Of a DNA stretch of 64,000 nt, positions 1-10,202 are shown in pieces. The position numbers and the translations under genes are program-made. Under the pieces are notes generated by a model, which saw only the letters and a list, made by a program, of their open reading frames with translations, searched no databases and was not told the DNA's origin. Position 1 is the first letter of the stretch, and every line of letters begins with the position of its first letter. The DNA comes from Gemmatimonadota bacterium (GTDB lineage: Bacteria > Gemmatimonadota > Gemmatimonadetes > Gemmatimonadales > GWC2-71-9), in NCBI GenBank assembly GCA_036679605.1, contig JAZDCZ010000347.1, positions 1 to 64,000 on the forward strand, given 5' to 3'.

Positions 1-298
1 GTACTCGCGTGGTCAACGTGTGCCGCTCCGACGGCGACAACCGAATACGATGAGTTGGCATAGCACAATATACATGACAACCACTACCGAATCAATTGTT
101 ACAGTCCACTAGTATTCGGCGACTCCCGTAACGGGTTCGCATGCTACCCCAAGTCGCGTAGCGAATATACTGTCAAGAGCGCCCCTTGGGGTTACTCCAA
201 CAATCCCAACAACTTCGAAGATGTGGCTCATCGCGACACTTGGCAAGACGCTGCGTGGGCGGGAGATTGCCACGCTGCCTAGCGGGTTACCAAGCGGG

Positions 299-406
299 TT
301 ATCCTAACTCGTCCGCCGGGCTTGTCACGCCGAGTCCCGGCCCGTTCAACACATGCGGATAGATCATCGTCGTCCACACGTCCCGATGGCCGAGTAACTG
401 CGGAAC
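299..406 (-). pseudogene. intI: Degenerate C-terminal fragment of an integron integrase (IntI-like tyrosine recombinase)
   Basis: Manual minus-strand translation gives [35 protein letters not shown], matching the IntI tail VQELLGHxDVSTTMIYTHVLNxxxxGVxSPxD. An in-frame stop lies at 449-451 and there is no N-terminal part. Not in the ORF track. Confidence 0.8.
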
Positions 407-490
407 GCACGCTGCACCAACACCGCTGCGCCCACAGCCGCCTAGATGTCACCCGACGCCACCCTGTCGAGCAAGGCGACGGTCGGCTCC

Positions 491-2980
491 TTATGCCGCT
501 ACGGCGGACTCTCGCCTCTCCCCTTGACGGTATACCACCGCCGCAATCCCGTACGCACCCGCGGCCGCGACGAACAGCGCCGGCGATCCCAGCTCGAGTG
601 CGATCACCGCCGACAGCGGCGCCGCCACCACAGACGCAAAGCCGTTCGCAGCCCACGCCCACGAAACCAGAGCAGGATCTTCGCCGGTCAAGCGCCGCAG
701 ACCTAGGGGGAATTGCCAGCCCATCAGGAATGCCGCCGGAGCCAGCACGAGCATCGCCGCCAGCGCTCGTAGCACCAAGTGCGCGGGCTGGAGCACGTGC
801 ACCAGCGATAGCAGAAACCCCGCGCCGAGCAGCAGCAACAGCACCAATGCGATACCTGACAGCCAACCCGCCTCGAATCGAATCCGGTCCGACCAGACAC
901 TGCCAGCACCAGCACACACGAGAAACGCCGTGAGCACAGCCGCTACTGCATACACCGGATGGCCCAACAGAAGACTCAACTGTTGTATGGCGGCGATCTC
1001 GGCGGCCATGAACGCCAGGCCGATGGCCGCGAAGTACACCACGACCCGTGTCAATCGTCCAGACCGCACACGCCGGCGGCGCACGATCACAGGTAACAGC
1101 ATGAGGAGACCGGCGAGAACCACCGCCTGAATCAGCGTCGCCACGAGCGCGATGTATCCCCATTCGGCAAACGGCAGCCAACTTCCCCGGCTCTCCTTCA
1201 AGAACTCCGGCAGCGAACCAGCCCGAAGGAAATGGTGCGGATAGGGGCGCGCGTCGCTCACGGGCGCCACGTCGAAGGGATACGCTACCGCAAAACGTTC
1301 GGCGGCCTTCCTCCCCGCCGCCGCAGCGGCGGCCGCCTGGTAGAACGTGGGGTCGTCCAGCAAGTTGAACTCGGCCGCGGGTTCCTCGATTCCGGGATAC
1401 CAGTCCAGATCTACACCACACGCCCCGGCCCACACCCGCGCGGCGTCCACATCTCGCACGCCGAACCCCGAGGGCTTGATCAGTATCGTGACCGTTCCCC
1501 AACTTCGCGCAACCAACATCCCGCGGGACACCGCGCCGGGCTCGACACGTCTCAGCGCCTCCGCGGCAGTCAAGATCACCCTCACGTTGTCCCGCGGCGG
1601 CACGTTCACCCACCGTGTGACGGCGAACGCGCCTGCTTCACTCAAGAGCCCGATGTATCCCACATAGGCGTCGACGGTGTGGAGATAATCTTCGTTCAAG
1701 GAGTGGACGCCGGCGCTGCCTCCACCCAGCACTCCACCGGGTGCAATAGTCACCAGGTCGAATCGTTCCCTGCTGCGCGCGATGTACTCGCGCGCGTACC
1801 CCGTTACCCACCGTATGTTGCCGTCACCATCCAGCGAACTCGGCAGCCGCCCGAACCGATTGTGGAAGGCGACGATTGCCGGATGAAGCTCGAGCGCCGT
1901 GACGCGCCGCGCTCCGTGCACCAACGCGTTCTCGATCTCCAACCCGGCTCCCGCTCCGATTATCAGCACCGTAGTCCTACTCCCCAACACATAGGCGAGA
2001 GCGGACGGAAGCCAATGGAGCAGTGCCGATGCGCCGGAGTCATCTTCCCATCGCGTGGCGGCGCCCACGGTCTGTCCATCGAGAAACAGTGCGGTCTGGC
2101 GGGGGAATCGACCGTGGAACGCCAGTGAGAGCCCGGGGGCGTGCCGGAACGGCGCCGCATCGACCGCGACGGCCCAGCCGAGCGGGCTAGCCTCTTCAGC
2201 AACGCGCTTGGCCCCGGGGTACGCCTCCACCTGGGGTAATCCTTTATAGGGTGTTACATCGAGCCGCCATGGTGGGCTCGCCAACGCGGCCAGGGTGACC
2301 ACAGGCATCGCAAGCGCAACGCCGACGGCACGCAACCGCCGCCGGTCTTGCCGATCTCGGATCGTGAGCCATGCAACCGCGGCACCCAACGATGCGACAA
2401 CCGCAGGTATACCGAGGGCCGTAACAGGGGAGAACACCCACAGACTTCCGACAGCGACGACCGCGCCCGCCGCGGAGCCCAGGAAGCTCGCGCCATAGAT
2501 CCGTCCGGCACGCTCGCGTCCTACCGTGAGCGCAACGAGGACCGCGAACGCCGCCACGCCGAACGGAACGGCGAGCAGCAGGTAGATACCAGCCAACCTG
2601 ATCCATTGCGTGAAATCCCAGAGCAGCCGGCTCGAGTCCAGCGAGATCAGGTGCACCAGCGCCGGACTTGCGACGAGGAACAAGGGTGCCAGCAGGCTGG
2701 ACCGTGCGAACCACCGCAAGGCGCGTTCGAAGGTGAGCGGTCCGAGCAGCGTCATCAACGTGCCGCTCGTGCCGAAACCGAGCATCGCGATAGCGATAGC
2801 CATGTAGGCGAAGTGGTGGAAATGCTCGATGGCGAAGATGCGGACCAGCAGGACCTCGTAGCTCAACGTACCCGCCGAGAGGAGGGCGACCGTCACCGGG
2901 AAGCTCCGTGCCGCATCCCGCCCCGCACCGCCCCCGGTGGGAGGGCGGGAGAGCGGGAGCGCGGTACTGTCGGAAATCAC
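491..2980 (-). CDS. Membrane protein with a central spermidine-synthase-like SAM-dependent methyltransferase domain
   Basis: 829 aa; multi-TM N- and C-terminal regions flank a Rossmann fold (VLIIGAGAGLE, ALELHP, GYAREYI). GTG start is 4 nt after the pcm stop. Confidence 0.8.
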   Translation of the reverse strand: MISDSTALPLSRPPTGGGAGRDAARSFPVTVALLSAGTLSYEVLLVRIFAIEHFHHFAYMAIAIAMLGFGTSGTLMTLLGPLTFERALRWFARSSLLAPLFLVASPALVHLISLDSSRLLWDFTQWIRLAGIYLLLAVPFGVAAFAVLVALTVGRERAGRIYGASFLGSAAGAVVAVGSLWVFSPVTALGIPAVVASLGAAVAWLTIRDRQDRRRLRAVGVALAMPVVTLAALASPPWRLDVTPYKGLPQVEAYPGAKRVAEEASPLGWAVAVDAAPFRHAPGLSLAFHGRFPRQTALFLDGQTVGAATRWEDDSGASALLHWLPSALAYVLGSRTTVLIIGAGAGLEIENALVHGARRVTALELHPAIVAFHNRFGRLPSSLDGDGNIRWVTGYAREYIARSRERFDLVTIAPGGVLGGGSAGVHSLNEDYLHTVDAYVGYIGLLSEAGAFAVTRWVNVPPRDNVRVILTAAEALRRVEPGAVSRGMLVARSWGTVTILIKPSGFGVRDVDAARVWAGACGVDLDWYPGIEEPAAEFNLLDDPTFYQAAAAAAAGRKAAERFAVAYPFDVAPVSDARPYPHHFLRAGSLPEFLKESRGSWLPFAEWGYIALVATLIQAVVLAGLLMLLPVIVRRRRVRSGRLTRVVVYFAAIGLAFMAAEIAAIQQLSLLLGHPVYAVAAVLTAFLVCAGAGSVWSDRIRFEAGWLSGIALVLLLLLGAGFLLSLVHVLQPAHLVLRALAAMLVLAPAAFLMGWQFPLGLRRLTGEDPALVSWAWAANGFASVVAAPLSAVIALELGSPALFVAAAGAYGIAAVVYRQGERRESAVAA

Positions 2981-2984
2981 CGAG

Positions 2985-3701
2985 TTACCGCAGGCCGCTC
3001 AGCAGGGGGACGAAACGAACGGGCAGGAGATTGCGGGTGCGGATCTTCCCGGTCTTGTCTTTTTCGATCAGGATGAGGTTTTGGATCCCGTAGACGCTTC
3101 CCACGGGAATGATCATGCGTCCGCCGGGTTTCAGTTGCTCCACCAGGGCGGGCGGAATGAATCCGGCGGCAGCGGTGACGATGACGGCATCGAATGGTGC
3201 TTTGTCCTCCCAGCCGTGATGGCCGTCGCCATGGCGGGAGGTCACCCGGTCGAATCCGAGCCGCCGCAGGCGATCTCGCGCACTGGTCGCCAGAGCCTCG
3301 AAGATCTCGACCGTGTACACCTCGCAACCGATGTGCCCGAGCACGGCGGCCTGATAGCCCGATCCGGTACCCACCTCCAGGATCTTCATTCCGGGCTTCG
3401 GGTGTATCATCTCGGTCATGTAGGCTACGATGTAGGGTTGGGAGATGGTTTGGCCCAGTCCGATAGGAAGCGGGTGGTCACCATAGGCCCGGTCCCGGTA
3501 TCGGGGGGGTACAAACTCGTGCCGCGGTACGTTGCGCATGGCGTCGAGGGTTGCAGAATCGGCGACGCCGTAGGCGACGATGGTTCGCACCATCTCCCGC
3601 CGCCGCTCGCGGTATCGATCCTCGACGTCCTGGCCGGTCAGAGGCCCGGCCAGCACACAGAGCCCGGCCAGGACGATGGGCCCTAGAAAAACTCGCAGCA
3701 T
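2985..3701 (-). CDS. pcm: Protein-L-isoaspartate O-methyltransferase with a hydrophobic N-terminal leader
   Basis: VPRHEFVP, GQTISQPYIVAYM, LEVGTGSGYQAA, APFDAVIVTAA, QLKPGGRMIIPVG, VRFVPL. Start moved to ATG 3701 to avoid overlapping sixA. Confidence 0.93.
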   Translation of the reverse strand: MLRVFLGPIVLAGLCVLAGPLTGQDVEDRYRERRREMVRTIVAYGVADSATLDAMRNVPRHEFVPPRYRDRAYGDHPLPIGLGQTISQPYIVAYMTEMIHPKPGMKILEVGTGSGYQAAVLGHIGCEVYTVEIFEALATSARDRLRRLGFDRVTSRHGDGHHGWEDKAPFDAVIVTAAAGFIPPALVEQLKPGGRMIIPVGSVYGIQNLILIEKDKTGKIRTRNLLPVRFVPLLSGLR

Positions 3702-3798
3702 GATTCGCAGCCTCGGAGCAGTGGAGCTAGAAATATGAGCACTGCCCCACGCCCCTTCACTGCAACATTGACTCGCCCATCTCGATTCGTTCACCACA

Positions 3799-4260
3799 TC
3801 ACAACGCCAACTCCGGCGGTACACTCCATTCGACGGCCCACCGTCCGTCCTGACGGCCAAGACACACGATGGCCGAATTCCGGAACCGGACGACTTCGCT
3901 GTCGGAGTCGCCGGCGACCAGGAGACCCACCAGACGGCCCAAGAACGGCATGTGGCCGACCAGCATTACCGACTCGGTCTCGCTCGCAAGCGTCTCCGCC
4001 ACGGGGCTGACGTCGTCGTTCGGCTTGAGTCCTCCAATGGCAACGGCCCCGCCCGCCGGATGCAAGCGCTCGGCAAGAATCTCTGCTGTCTGCTGCGCGC
4101 GCCTTTTCCCACTGTGACGGATCTGAGCAACCTGAACCCCCGCCCGGGAGGCCCACTCGGCAACCCGCTCAACGTCCTCTACGCCGCGATCCGTCAGCGG
4201 GCGTTCGGGATCCTGAGCCTCTGTTTTTGCCTCGCCGTGCTGCACGAGAACGATCTGCAT
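3799..4260 (-). CDS. sixA: Phosphohistidine phosphatase SixA
   Basis: LVQHGEA, D-ERPLT-RG, HSGKRRAQQTAE, MLVGHMP; 153 aa. Confidence 0.9.
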   Translation of the reverse strand: MQIVLVQHGEAKTEAQDPERPLTDRGVEDVERVAEWASRAGVQVAQIRHSGKRRAQQTAEILAERLHPAGGAVAIGGLKPNDDVSPVAETLASETESVMLVGHMPFLGRLVGLLVAGDSDSEVVRFRNSAIVCLGRQDGRWAVEWSVPPELAL

Positions 4261-4287
4261 GGCCGCCTTACAACAGCCTTCGCGCTG

Positions 4288-7200
4288 TCATCGAACGACG
4301 TTCAGGAAGTCGAGTCCCCGGGTGAGCCATGTCGTGCAACCCGCTATCCGCTCATTGCCGAGCACCCATCCGGCAACGCGTCCGACAGCGTCGCTCAGGC
4401 GGAATACCGGAGGGTCAGAGTCCCCGAACGGCAGGCCCCTCGCCGGGGTATCGAGCATCAGATCCAGCAGCATATCCTCCGACTCGAAACGGACCAGGTC
4501 GCGCCGCGCTTGCGCGAACGCGGCAGCGAGGTCCTCACCCGGTCCGAATAGCAACTCGCGGACGTTGCTGCAAGGTACGAACGAAAGGTTGACGAGCATC
4601 TCCCAACGCTGACTGCGCAGGCGAGTCGTGTCCTGCAATATTGCCAGCATGTCCCGTCGGAGGCCCGCGACATCGTTGATGTTGATCTCGCCGCGAGCGG
4701 CGCGGAGTTCGTCTTCAAGAGCCACGACAGAATCGCGCCGCGCTCGCAGAACAGCGCCCTCGGGTCGGTCGGTGAGAGAGTAGAACCTGACAAGGCCGTT
4801 CTGCCCGAGACCCACTGTCACCATCCCGATGAGCGCATCGAAGAGCGTGTTGCCGTCATCCACCAGCCTGAAGCCGAACGAGATAGTCTCCCGCAGCGTC
4901 GTTTCCGCCTCGGCGTGGCGACCCTGCGCGAGGAAGAGCGCCGCCTTCTCGACGCTCGCGTATGCCGCTTGCTTCGTAGCGGCAAACTTCGGCATTGGCA
5001 TTTCCATCGCCGTGGCGGAATCCGTGAACGGCAGAACGAACCGGGCGCCAACGTAGTCCATGGCAGCGGCCCGCGCGACGGTCCGATATTCGTCCCATTG
5101 CGGCAGCGCGGCCAGGTGCTCGAGATATCTTACCTCGTCCGTGTTCAACCCGGACGCCGCATACTCTAGAATTGTCATGTGGTTCGGACCCGCCCTGACG
5201 GCGGAACTCTTCATCTGCAACGGTTGACCGTCGGGGCCCATGACCTCCCGATCGAACAAATCGTCGGGAAAGTCCTGGTCATGCCACCCCTCTGTGAGTT
5301 CCCGCGGCAGCGCGTGCTGTGGGAACGCGCCGGTTGAGGACCCGCCCGAACCCTGGAGTGTGTAAAACGCGCGACCCGCTTCGAGCGGCGTGATGGAGGA
5401 GTCTGGTGGCAAGGCAAATGCCCGGGCTGTTTCCGCGATACGCAGCCTGGCTTCGGTATTACTGACATTGACACCCAGCAGTAATACCGGCCCAAGCACA
5501 CCCACAAGACCGACCGGTGCAAAGACCGTGATGACCAGCAGCAGCGAGATCGCCACGACGAACGCGCCCACTCGGCTCGCCAGCGGCCGTGACGCCGCCC
5601 CGGATCCCAGGGACTGGCCGCGGCGCACCCGCTCGAATGTCTCGGTCCACGATGCGGCTATCCGGGGGTCCCCTCCTCGCAGGCTGCGGTGCCGGCCCAG
5701 TCTCGCACGCCCGGGGCCGACGCTCCGCGCTTCCTTGTGAGCGAGCGACGTGGCGACAATGAGAAGGACCGCCGACGGTCCAAACAGGAGGTACGGTGCT
5801 GCGCCCGCTCCGACCAGCCCCCCGACCGCGAGCCACACGAGCGGTACCAACGCCAGCACCGGGACGAGCCCACCCACCAGCAGGATGCTCTCTCGCAGGA
5901 GCCGTCCCTTGCGCAACGTGTCCCGCGTTGGGGGCGCGAGCGTCGCATATTCGCGCATCCCGGCCACGAGCGCCCCCGTGTCGCCCCGGCGGTCCGCCAG
6001 CGCCTCCGCCACCGAGAGCCAGCCGAATCCGGAGCGCACCGCCCGCGTCGAGGCCGCCGCTACGCGAAGCAACTTCCAGACGGCCGCGAACAGGGTGAAT
6101 ATCCCGGCCGTTCCCACAATCCATATCGTCAGCGTGGCGAAGGAAGTGACGGCTGACGACAACTGGGGACCCAGGGTGAGGAGGGCCAGGAACCCAACAA
6201 CAGTGAGCAGGCTACCAGCCCAGAACAGTCGGCTCACAGGCGGCAGCCGCCCGTGGAGTTCGGCAAGCCCGGGCGGCGGCCACTCGAGCAGCACTTCGGC
6301 GCCCGGCGTAAAGCGCTGAGCGACCTCATGAGCCGAGGGGCGCTCGGTTGCCTGCTTGGCCAGACAAGCACTCACGACACTCTCCAGCTCGGGATCCACA
6401 TGATCCCGCACCTCGGAAAGCGGCCTGGGCGTATCCCTGAGGTGCGCTGCCACGAGTTCCTGCGGCGAGGTTGCGGTGAACGGTCCCGCTCCACTCACCA
6501 GTTCATAGCCCAACAGCCCCAACGCGTAGATGTCGGTTTTCTCGGTCACATCCTCTGCGAGCAACTGCTCGGGGCTCATGTACCGGGGTGTCCCGACCGC
6601 CATCCCCGTCTGCGTGAGCCGGGTGTCTCCTCCTTCCTCTCCCGTCGATCGCACGGCCGCGATGCCGAAGTCCGACACCAACACCCGATCCGACTCATCA
6701 TCGTACAGGATGTTGGCCGGCTTGATGTCGCGGTGAATGATCCCCAGAGAATGGGCGACGGCCAAAGCCGATGCCACTTCGCCGATGACGCGCCGTGCCT
6801 CATCCTGGTCGAGCGGTCCTTCCTTCTCCAATCGGTCCGCCAAGCTGAGGCCGCCGACGTATTGCATCACGAAATATGGAGTCTCGTCTGCCAGTTGGCC
6901 CACACTATGGATCGCCACGATGTTGGGGTGCGTGAGCCGGGCCACCGCCTGCGACTCGCGCTCGAAGCGCGCGCGGGCCCCCGGGTCGGCCGCCAGCGCC
7001 GGCGCCAGCACCTTGACAGCGACCAGGCGCTTGAGCGCAGGCTCACGTGCCAGGAACACGCTGCCCATCCCGCCGGTACCGAGCCGGCGGACCAAGATGA
7101 AGCTGGGACTCAACGCGCGGCGCAACTCGGCTTCAAGCGCTACGAGGTCCTCGTCCGACGGGCCCGCAGGCAGCTCGCTGCTGGGCGTGGTGGGAGCGCT

Positions 7201-7299
7201 CGGAGTCACGGCGCCACAGGTAGGGCAGGTGTCGTCTGTTGCCCCGAGTTTGGAACCGCACCTAGGACAGAATAGCCATTCGTTCATGATGACTCGCAT
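4288..7299 (-). CDS. Membrane Ser/Thr protein kinase with an N-terminal zinc ribbon
   Basis: CPRC...CPTC; LGTGGMGSV, VAVK, HRDIKPAN, DFG, GTPRYMSPE; several TM segments, then a helical C-terminal domain. Start could be 7287. Confidence 0.9.
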   Translation of the reverse strand: MRVIMNEWLFCPRCGSKLGATDDTCPTCGAVTPSAPTTPSSELPAGPSDEDLVALEAELRRALSPSFILVRRLGTGGMGSVFLAREPALKRLVAVKVLAPALAADPGARARFERESQAVARLTHPNIVAIHSVGQLADETPYFVMQYVGGLSLADRLEKEGPLDQDEARRVIGEVASALAVAHSLGIIHRDIKPANILYDDESDRVLVSDFGIAAVRSTGEEGGDTRLTQTGMAVGTPRYMSPEQLLAEDVTEKTDIYALGLLGYELVSGAGPFTATSPQELVAAHLRDTPRPLSEVRDHVDPELESVVSACLAKQATERPSAHEVAQRFTPGAEVLLEWPPPGLAELHGRLPPVSRLFWAGSLLTVVGFLALLTLGPQLSSAVTSFATLTIWIVGTAGIFTLFAAVWKLLRVAAASTRAVRSGFGWLSVAEALADRRGDTGALVAGMREYATLAPPTRDTLRKGRLLRESILLVGGLVPVLALVPLVWLAVGGLVGAGAAPYLLFGPSAVLLIVATSLAHKEARSVGPGRARLGRHRSLRGGDPRIAASWTETFERVRRGQSLGSGAASRPLASRVGAFVVAISLLLVITVFAPVGLVGVLGPVLLLGVNVSNTEARLRIAETARAFALPPDSSITPLEAGRAFYTLQGSGGSSTGAFPQHALPRELTEGWHDQDFPDDLFDREVMGPDGQPLQMKSSAVRAGPNHMTILEYAASGLNTDEVRYLEHLAALPQWDEYRTVARAAAMDYVGARFVLPFTDSATAMEMPMPKFAATKQAAYASVEKAALFLAQGRHAEAETTLRETISFGFRLVDDGNTLFDALIGMVTVGLGQNGLVRFYSLTDRPEGAVLRARRDSVVALEDELRAARGEININDVAGLRRDMLAILQDTTRLRSQRWEMLVNLSFVPCSNVRELLFGPGEDLAAAFAQARRDLVRFESEDMLLDLMLDTPARGLPFGDSDPPVFRLSDAVGRVAGWVLGNERIAGCTTWLTRGLDFLNVVR

Positions 7300-7582
7300 G
7301 AGGGTCGGTCAGAAGGAAAAGATGCCGTCCGATTCGGACGACCGCCAGCCCCAACGCTCCTGAGCGGCGACCCGGGTCATGAACAATGCCAGCGAACCAA
7401 CACCATGTCCAAATCCACATCCGTGTAGCCATGGACGAGGATGTTCGCATGGTTATTCCCCTAGCGATCCCTGCCGTCAATTCGTATCCTTCGTGCCGTT
7501 CGCGGCTGGTGATGTGAAATACCGCGGTTTCAGGACCGATCCCGCAGATGACGAGCGGGTTTCCACCCAAACGGAGTAGCTC

Positions 7583-8382
7583 ATGACACACGCGAGTGCC
7601 TCCCTCACGAGACACCGTTTCGGTCAGACGGCCCGGCCCGAGGCCTGGTGGTTGCAGCCCTTGGTTGTGTTCTTGGCGCTCGGCGCCTTTATCGCCTACT
7701 CAACGTGGGCGGCGTTTCAAGGCACGCACTACCATTTCGGGCCCTACCTGTCACCGTTCTATTCACCCGAACTGTTCGGAGATTCGCCCCACAGCTGGTT
7801 CGGCCCCAAGCCACAGTGGTGGTTCAGCTGGCCTGGTCACCAGCATTCCTCATCTTATGGGCGCCGGGCGGGTTCCGATTCACGTGCTACTACTATCGCG
7901 GTGCTTACTACAAAGCGTTCTGGAGCGATCCTCCGTCGTGCGCGGTCGGTGAGCCACGTAAGACCTATCGCGGAGAACATCTTTTCCCCCTGATATTCCA
8001 GAACATTCACAGATACTTCCTCTACCTGGCGCTTCTGTTTCTGGTCTTCCTGTCATACGACGTGTGGAAGGCGTTATGGTTTTTGGATCCTGCCACGGGC
8101 ACGGAGACATTCGGAGTTGGCGTTGGCACTATCGTGCTCGCGCTCAACGTCGTATTCCTTGGCAGCTACACATTCGGCTGTCACTCGCTGCGGCATCTCG
8201 TGGGCGGTCGGTTGGATCTCCTGTCGAAGGCTCCGGTGCGCCGCACCGCGTATCGTTGTGTAGGGTGCTTCAATAGGCGGCACATGATATACGCTTGGAT
8301 GAGTCTCACGTGGGTCGGGTTCTGCGACATCTACGTGCGACTGTGCTCTATGGGGATCTGGACCGATTGGAGAATTTTCTAA
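7583..8382 (+). pseudogene. Sdh1-type succinate dehydrogenase membrane anchor (Rv0249c-like), split by a frameshift near 7832; possibly a sequencing error
   Basis: The frame starting at 7583 gives WWLQP...YLSPFYSP...WFGPKP. The second frame continues WSPAFLILWAPGGFRFTCYYYRGAYY...QNIHRYF...GCHSLRH. Its stop overlaps the sdhA start (TAATG). Confidence 0.8.
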
Positions 8383-10202
8383 TGGCCGGATACGAAACTC
8401 ACGAGCACGACGTATTGGTAATCGGCGCGGGCGGGGCCGGACTGCGCGCGGCGATCGCCGCATCTGAAGCGGGCGTTTCGGTGGGCCTGGTAAGCAAGTC
8501 ACTGCTCGGCAAAGCGCACACCGTAATGGCCGAGGGCGGCATCGCGGCGGCGCTCGCCAATGTAGACGACCGCGACGGTTGGAAGGTCCACTTCGCCGAT
8601 ACGATGCGGGGCGGGCAATACATGAACGACTGGCGGATGGTGGAAATCCACGCCAAAGAGGCACCCGACCGCGTGCGCGAGTTGGAGGCGTGGGGTGCAG
8701 TGTTCGACCGAACCAACGACGGCAAGATCCTGCAGCGAAATTTCGGTGGCCACGCCTACCCTCGGCTTGCGCACGTCGGCGACCGCACAGGCCTCGAGAT
8801 GATTCGGACATTGCAAGACCGTGGAGTCCACCGCGGAATGGACGTGCACATGGAATACACCATGCTGACACTCCTTACCGACGGCGGTCGTGTCGTCGGT
8901 GCGTTCGGATACGATCGGCAGCGCGGTGGCCTCCATCTATTCCGTGCAAAAGCAACGATCCTCGCCACAGGCGGGCTGGGCAAGTCCTACAAGATCACGA
9001 GTAACGGATGGGAGAATACTGGAGACGGTCATTCGCTGGCGTACCACGCAGGCGCCGAATTGATCGACATGGAGTTCCTCCAGTTCCATCCGACTGGAAT
9101 GGTATGGCCTCCCAGCGTGCGCGGGCTCCTGGTAACCGAAGGTGTTCGCGGTGAAGGCGGGATCCTTGTGAACAGCAAAGGCCGCCGTTTCATGTTCGAC
9201 GATATCCCCGCGCTCTACACCAAGCAGACCGCAGACAACGAGGAGGAAGGTTGGCGCTACACTCAAGGTGACAAGAACGCCCGCAGACCTCCCGAACTGT
9301 TGACGCGCGATCACGTTGCCCGGTGCATACTGCGGGAAGTGAGGGAGGGGCGCGGGAGCCCTCACGGCGGGGTGTTCCTAGACATCGCGTGGATCAAGCA
9401 AAGACTCTCCAAGGCCGAGGAGCACATCAAGAAGAAGCTCCCCAGCATGTACCATCAATTCAAACGGCTGGCCGACATCGATATTACCCAGCAGCCGATG
9501 GAGGTAGGACCGACCACGCACTACGCTATGGGCGGCATCAGAGTAGATGCCGACTCGCAGATGTCGACCGTGCCCGGCCTGTTTGCAGCGGGCGAGTGCG
9601 CCGCCGGTCTCCACGGCGCCAACCGACTTGGTGGCAACTCGCTGTCCGACCTAGTGGTGTTCGGCAAACGGGCCGGAGAATTCGCCGCCGGCTATGCAAA
9701 GGAGCACGACTTGGGGACTGCCAACGAAGATCAAATGGCAGCCGCGGCAGAGCGGGCCGAGGCTCCGTTTGAACGCGCGTTGCACGGCGACGGCGAGGGA
9801 CCGTATCAGGTGCATGCCGATCTGCAAGAGATGATGCAGAACCAGGTCGGAATCGTGCGACGAGAAGAGGAAATTAGCCAGGCGATCGACGGAATCGAGA
9901 AAGTCCGCAGCAGAGTAGAACGACTCGCCGTTCACGGTAACCGCGATTACAACCCGGCGTGGCACACGGCTATGGACCTGACTCACATGCTAACGGTATC
10001 GGAAGCAACTGCGCGGGCCGCTATGGCACGGCGCGAGAGTCGCGGGGCGCATTTTCGAGACGACTACCCGGAGAAGGACGAAGAGCTAGCCAAGGTTCGT
10101 AACACGGTGAAGAAGGGGCCGGACGGCAGCATGCAGGTGACCAGCGTGCCCGTCAGCGAAATGCCACCGGAACTCAAGCTGATCATCGAGGAGATGAACT
10201 GA
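8382..10202 (+). CDS. sdhA: Succinate dehydrogenase/fumarate reductase flavoprotein subunit
   Basis: VIGAGGAGL, KAHTVMAEGG (FAD histidine), QFHPTG, HYAMGG, HGANRLGGNSL, RRESRGAHFR. ATG at 8382. Confidence 0.95.
   Translation: MAGYETHEHDVLVIGAGGAGLRAAIAASEAGVSVGLVSKSLLGKAHTVMAEGGIAAALANVDDRDGWKVHFADTMRGGQYMNDWRMVEIHAKEAPDRVRELEAWGAVFDRTNDGKILQRNFGGHAYPRLAHVGDRTGLEMIRTLQDRGVHRGMDVHMEYTMLTLLTDGGRVVGAFGYDRQRGGLHLFRAKATILATGGLGKSYKITSNGWENTGDGHSLAYHAGAELIDMEFLQFHPTGMVWPPSVRGLLVTEGVRGEGGILVNSKGRRFMFDDIPALYTKQTADNEEEGWRYTQGDKNARRPPELLTRDHVARCILREVREGRGSPHGGVFLDIAWIKQRLSKAEEHIKKKLPSMYHQFKRLADIDITQQPMEVGPTTHYAMGGIRVDADSQMSTVPGLFAAGECAAGLHGANRLGGNSLSDLVVFGKRAGEFAAGYAKEHDLGTANEDQMAAAAERAEAPFERALHGDGEGPYQVHADLQEMMQNQVGIVRREEEISQAIDGIEKVRSRVERLAVHGNRDYNPAWHTAMDLTHMLTVSEATARAAMARRESRGAHFRDDYPEKDEELAKVRNTVKKGPDGSMQVTSVPVSEMPPELKLIIEEMN

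Noticed and set aside
1..240. Gene start or promoter at the left edge (TTGACA on the minus strand near 172-177)
   Set aside because: No properly spaced -10 element and no recognisable reading frame within the window.
190..301. Possible attC or attI site next to the integrase remnant
   Set aside because: AAC and GTT triplets occur, but I could not build a convincing RYYYAAC/GTTRRRY pair with matching inner boxes.
279..1613. 444-aa minus-strand ORF and other long alternative-frame ORFs across the window
   Set aside because: Arg/Gly/Pro-rich shadow frames overlapping well-supported genes, as expected in high-GC DNA.
7820..7845. Programmed ribosomal frameshift in the SDH anchor
   Set aside because: No slippery sequence is visible; an indel is the simpler explanation.
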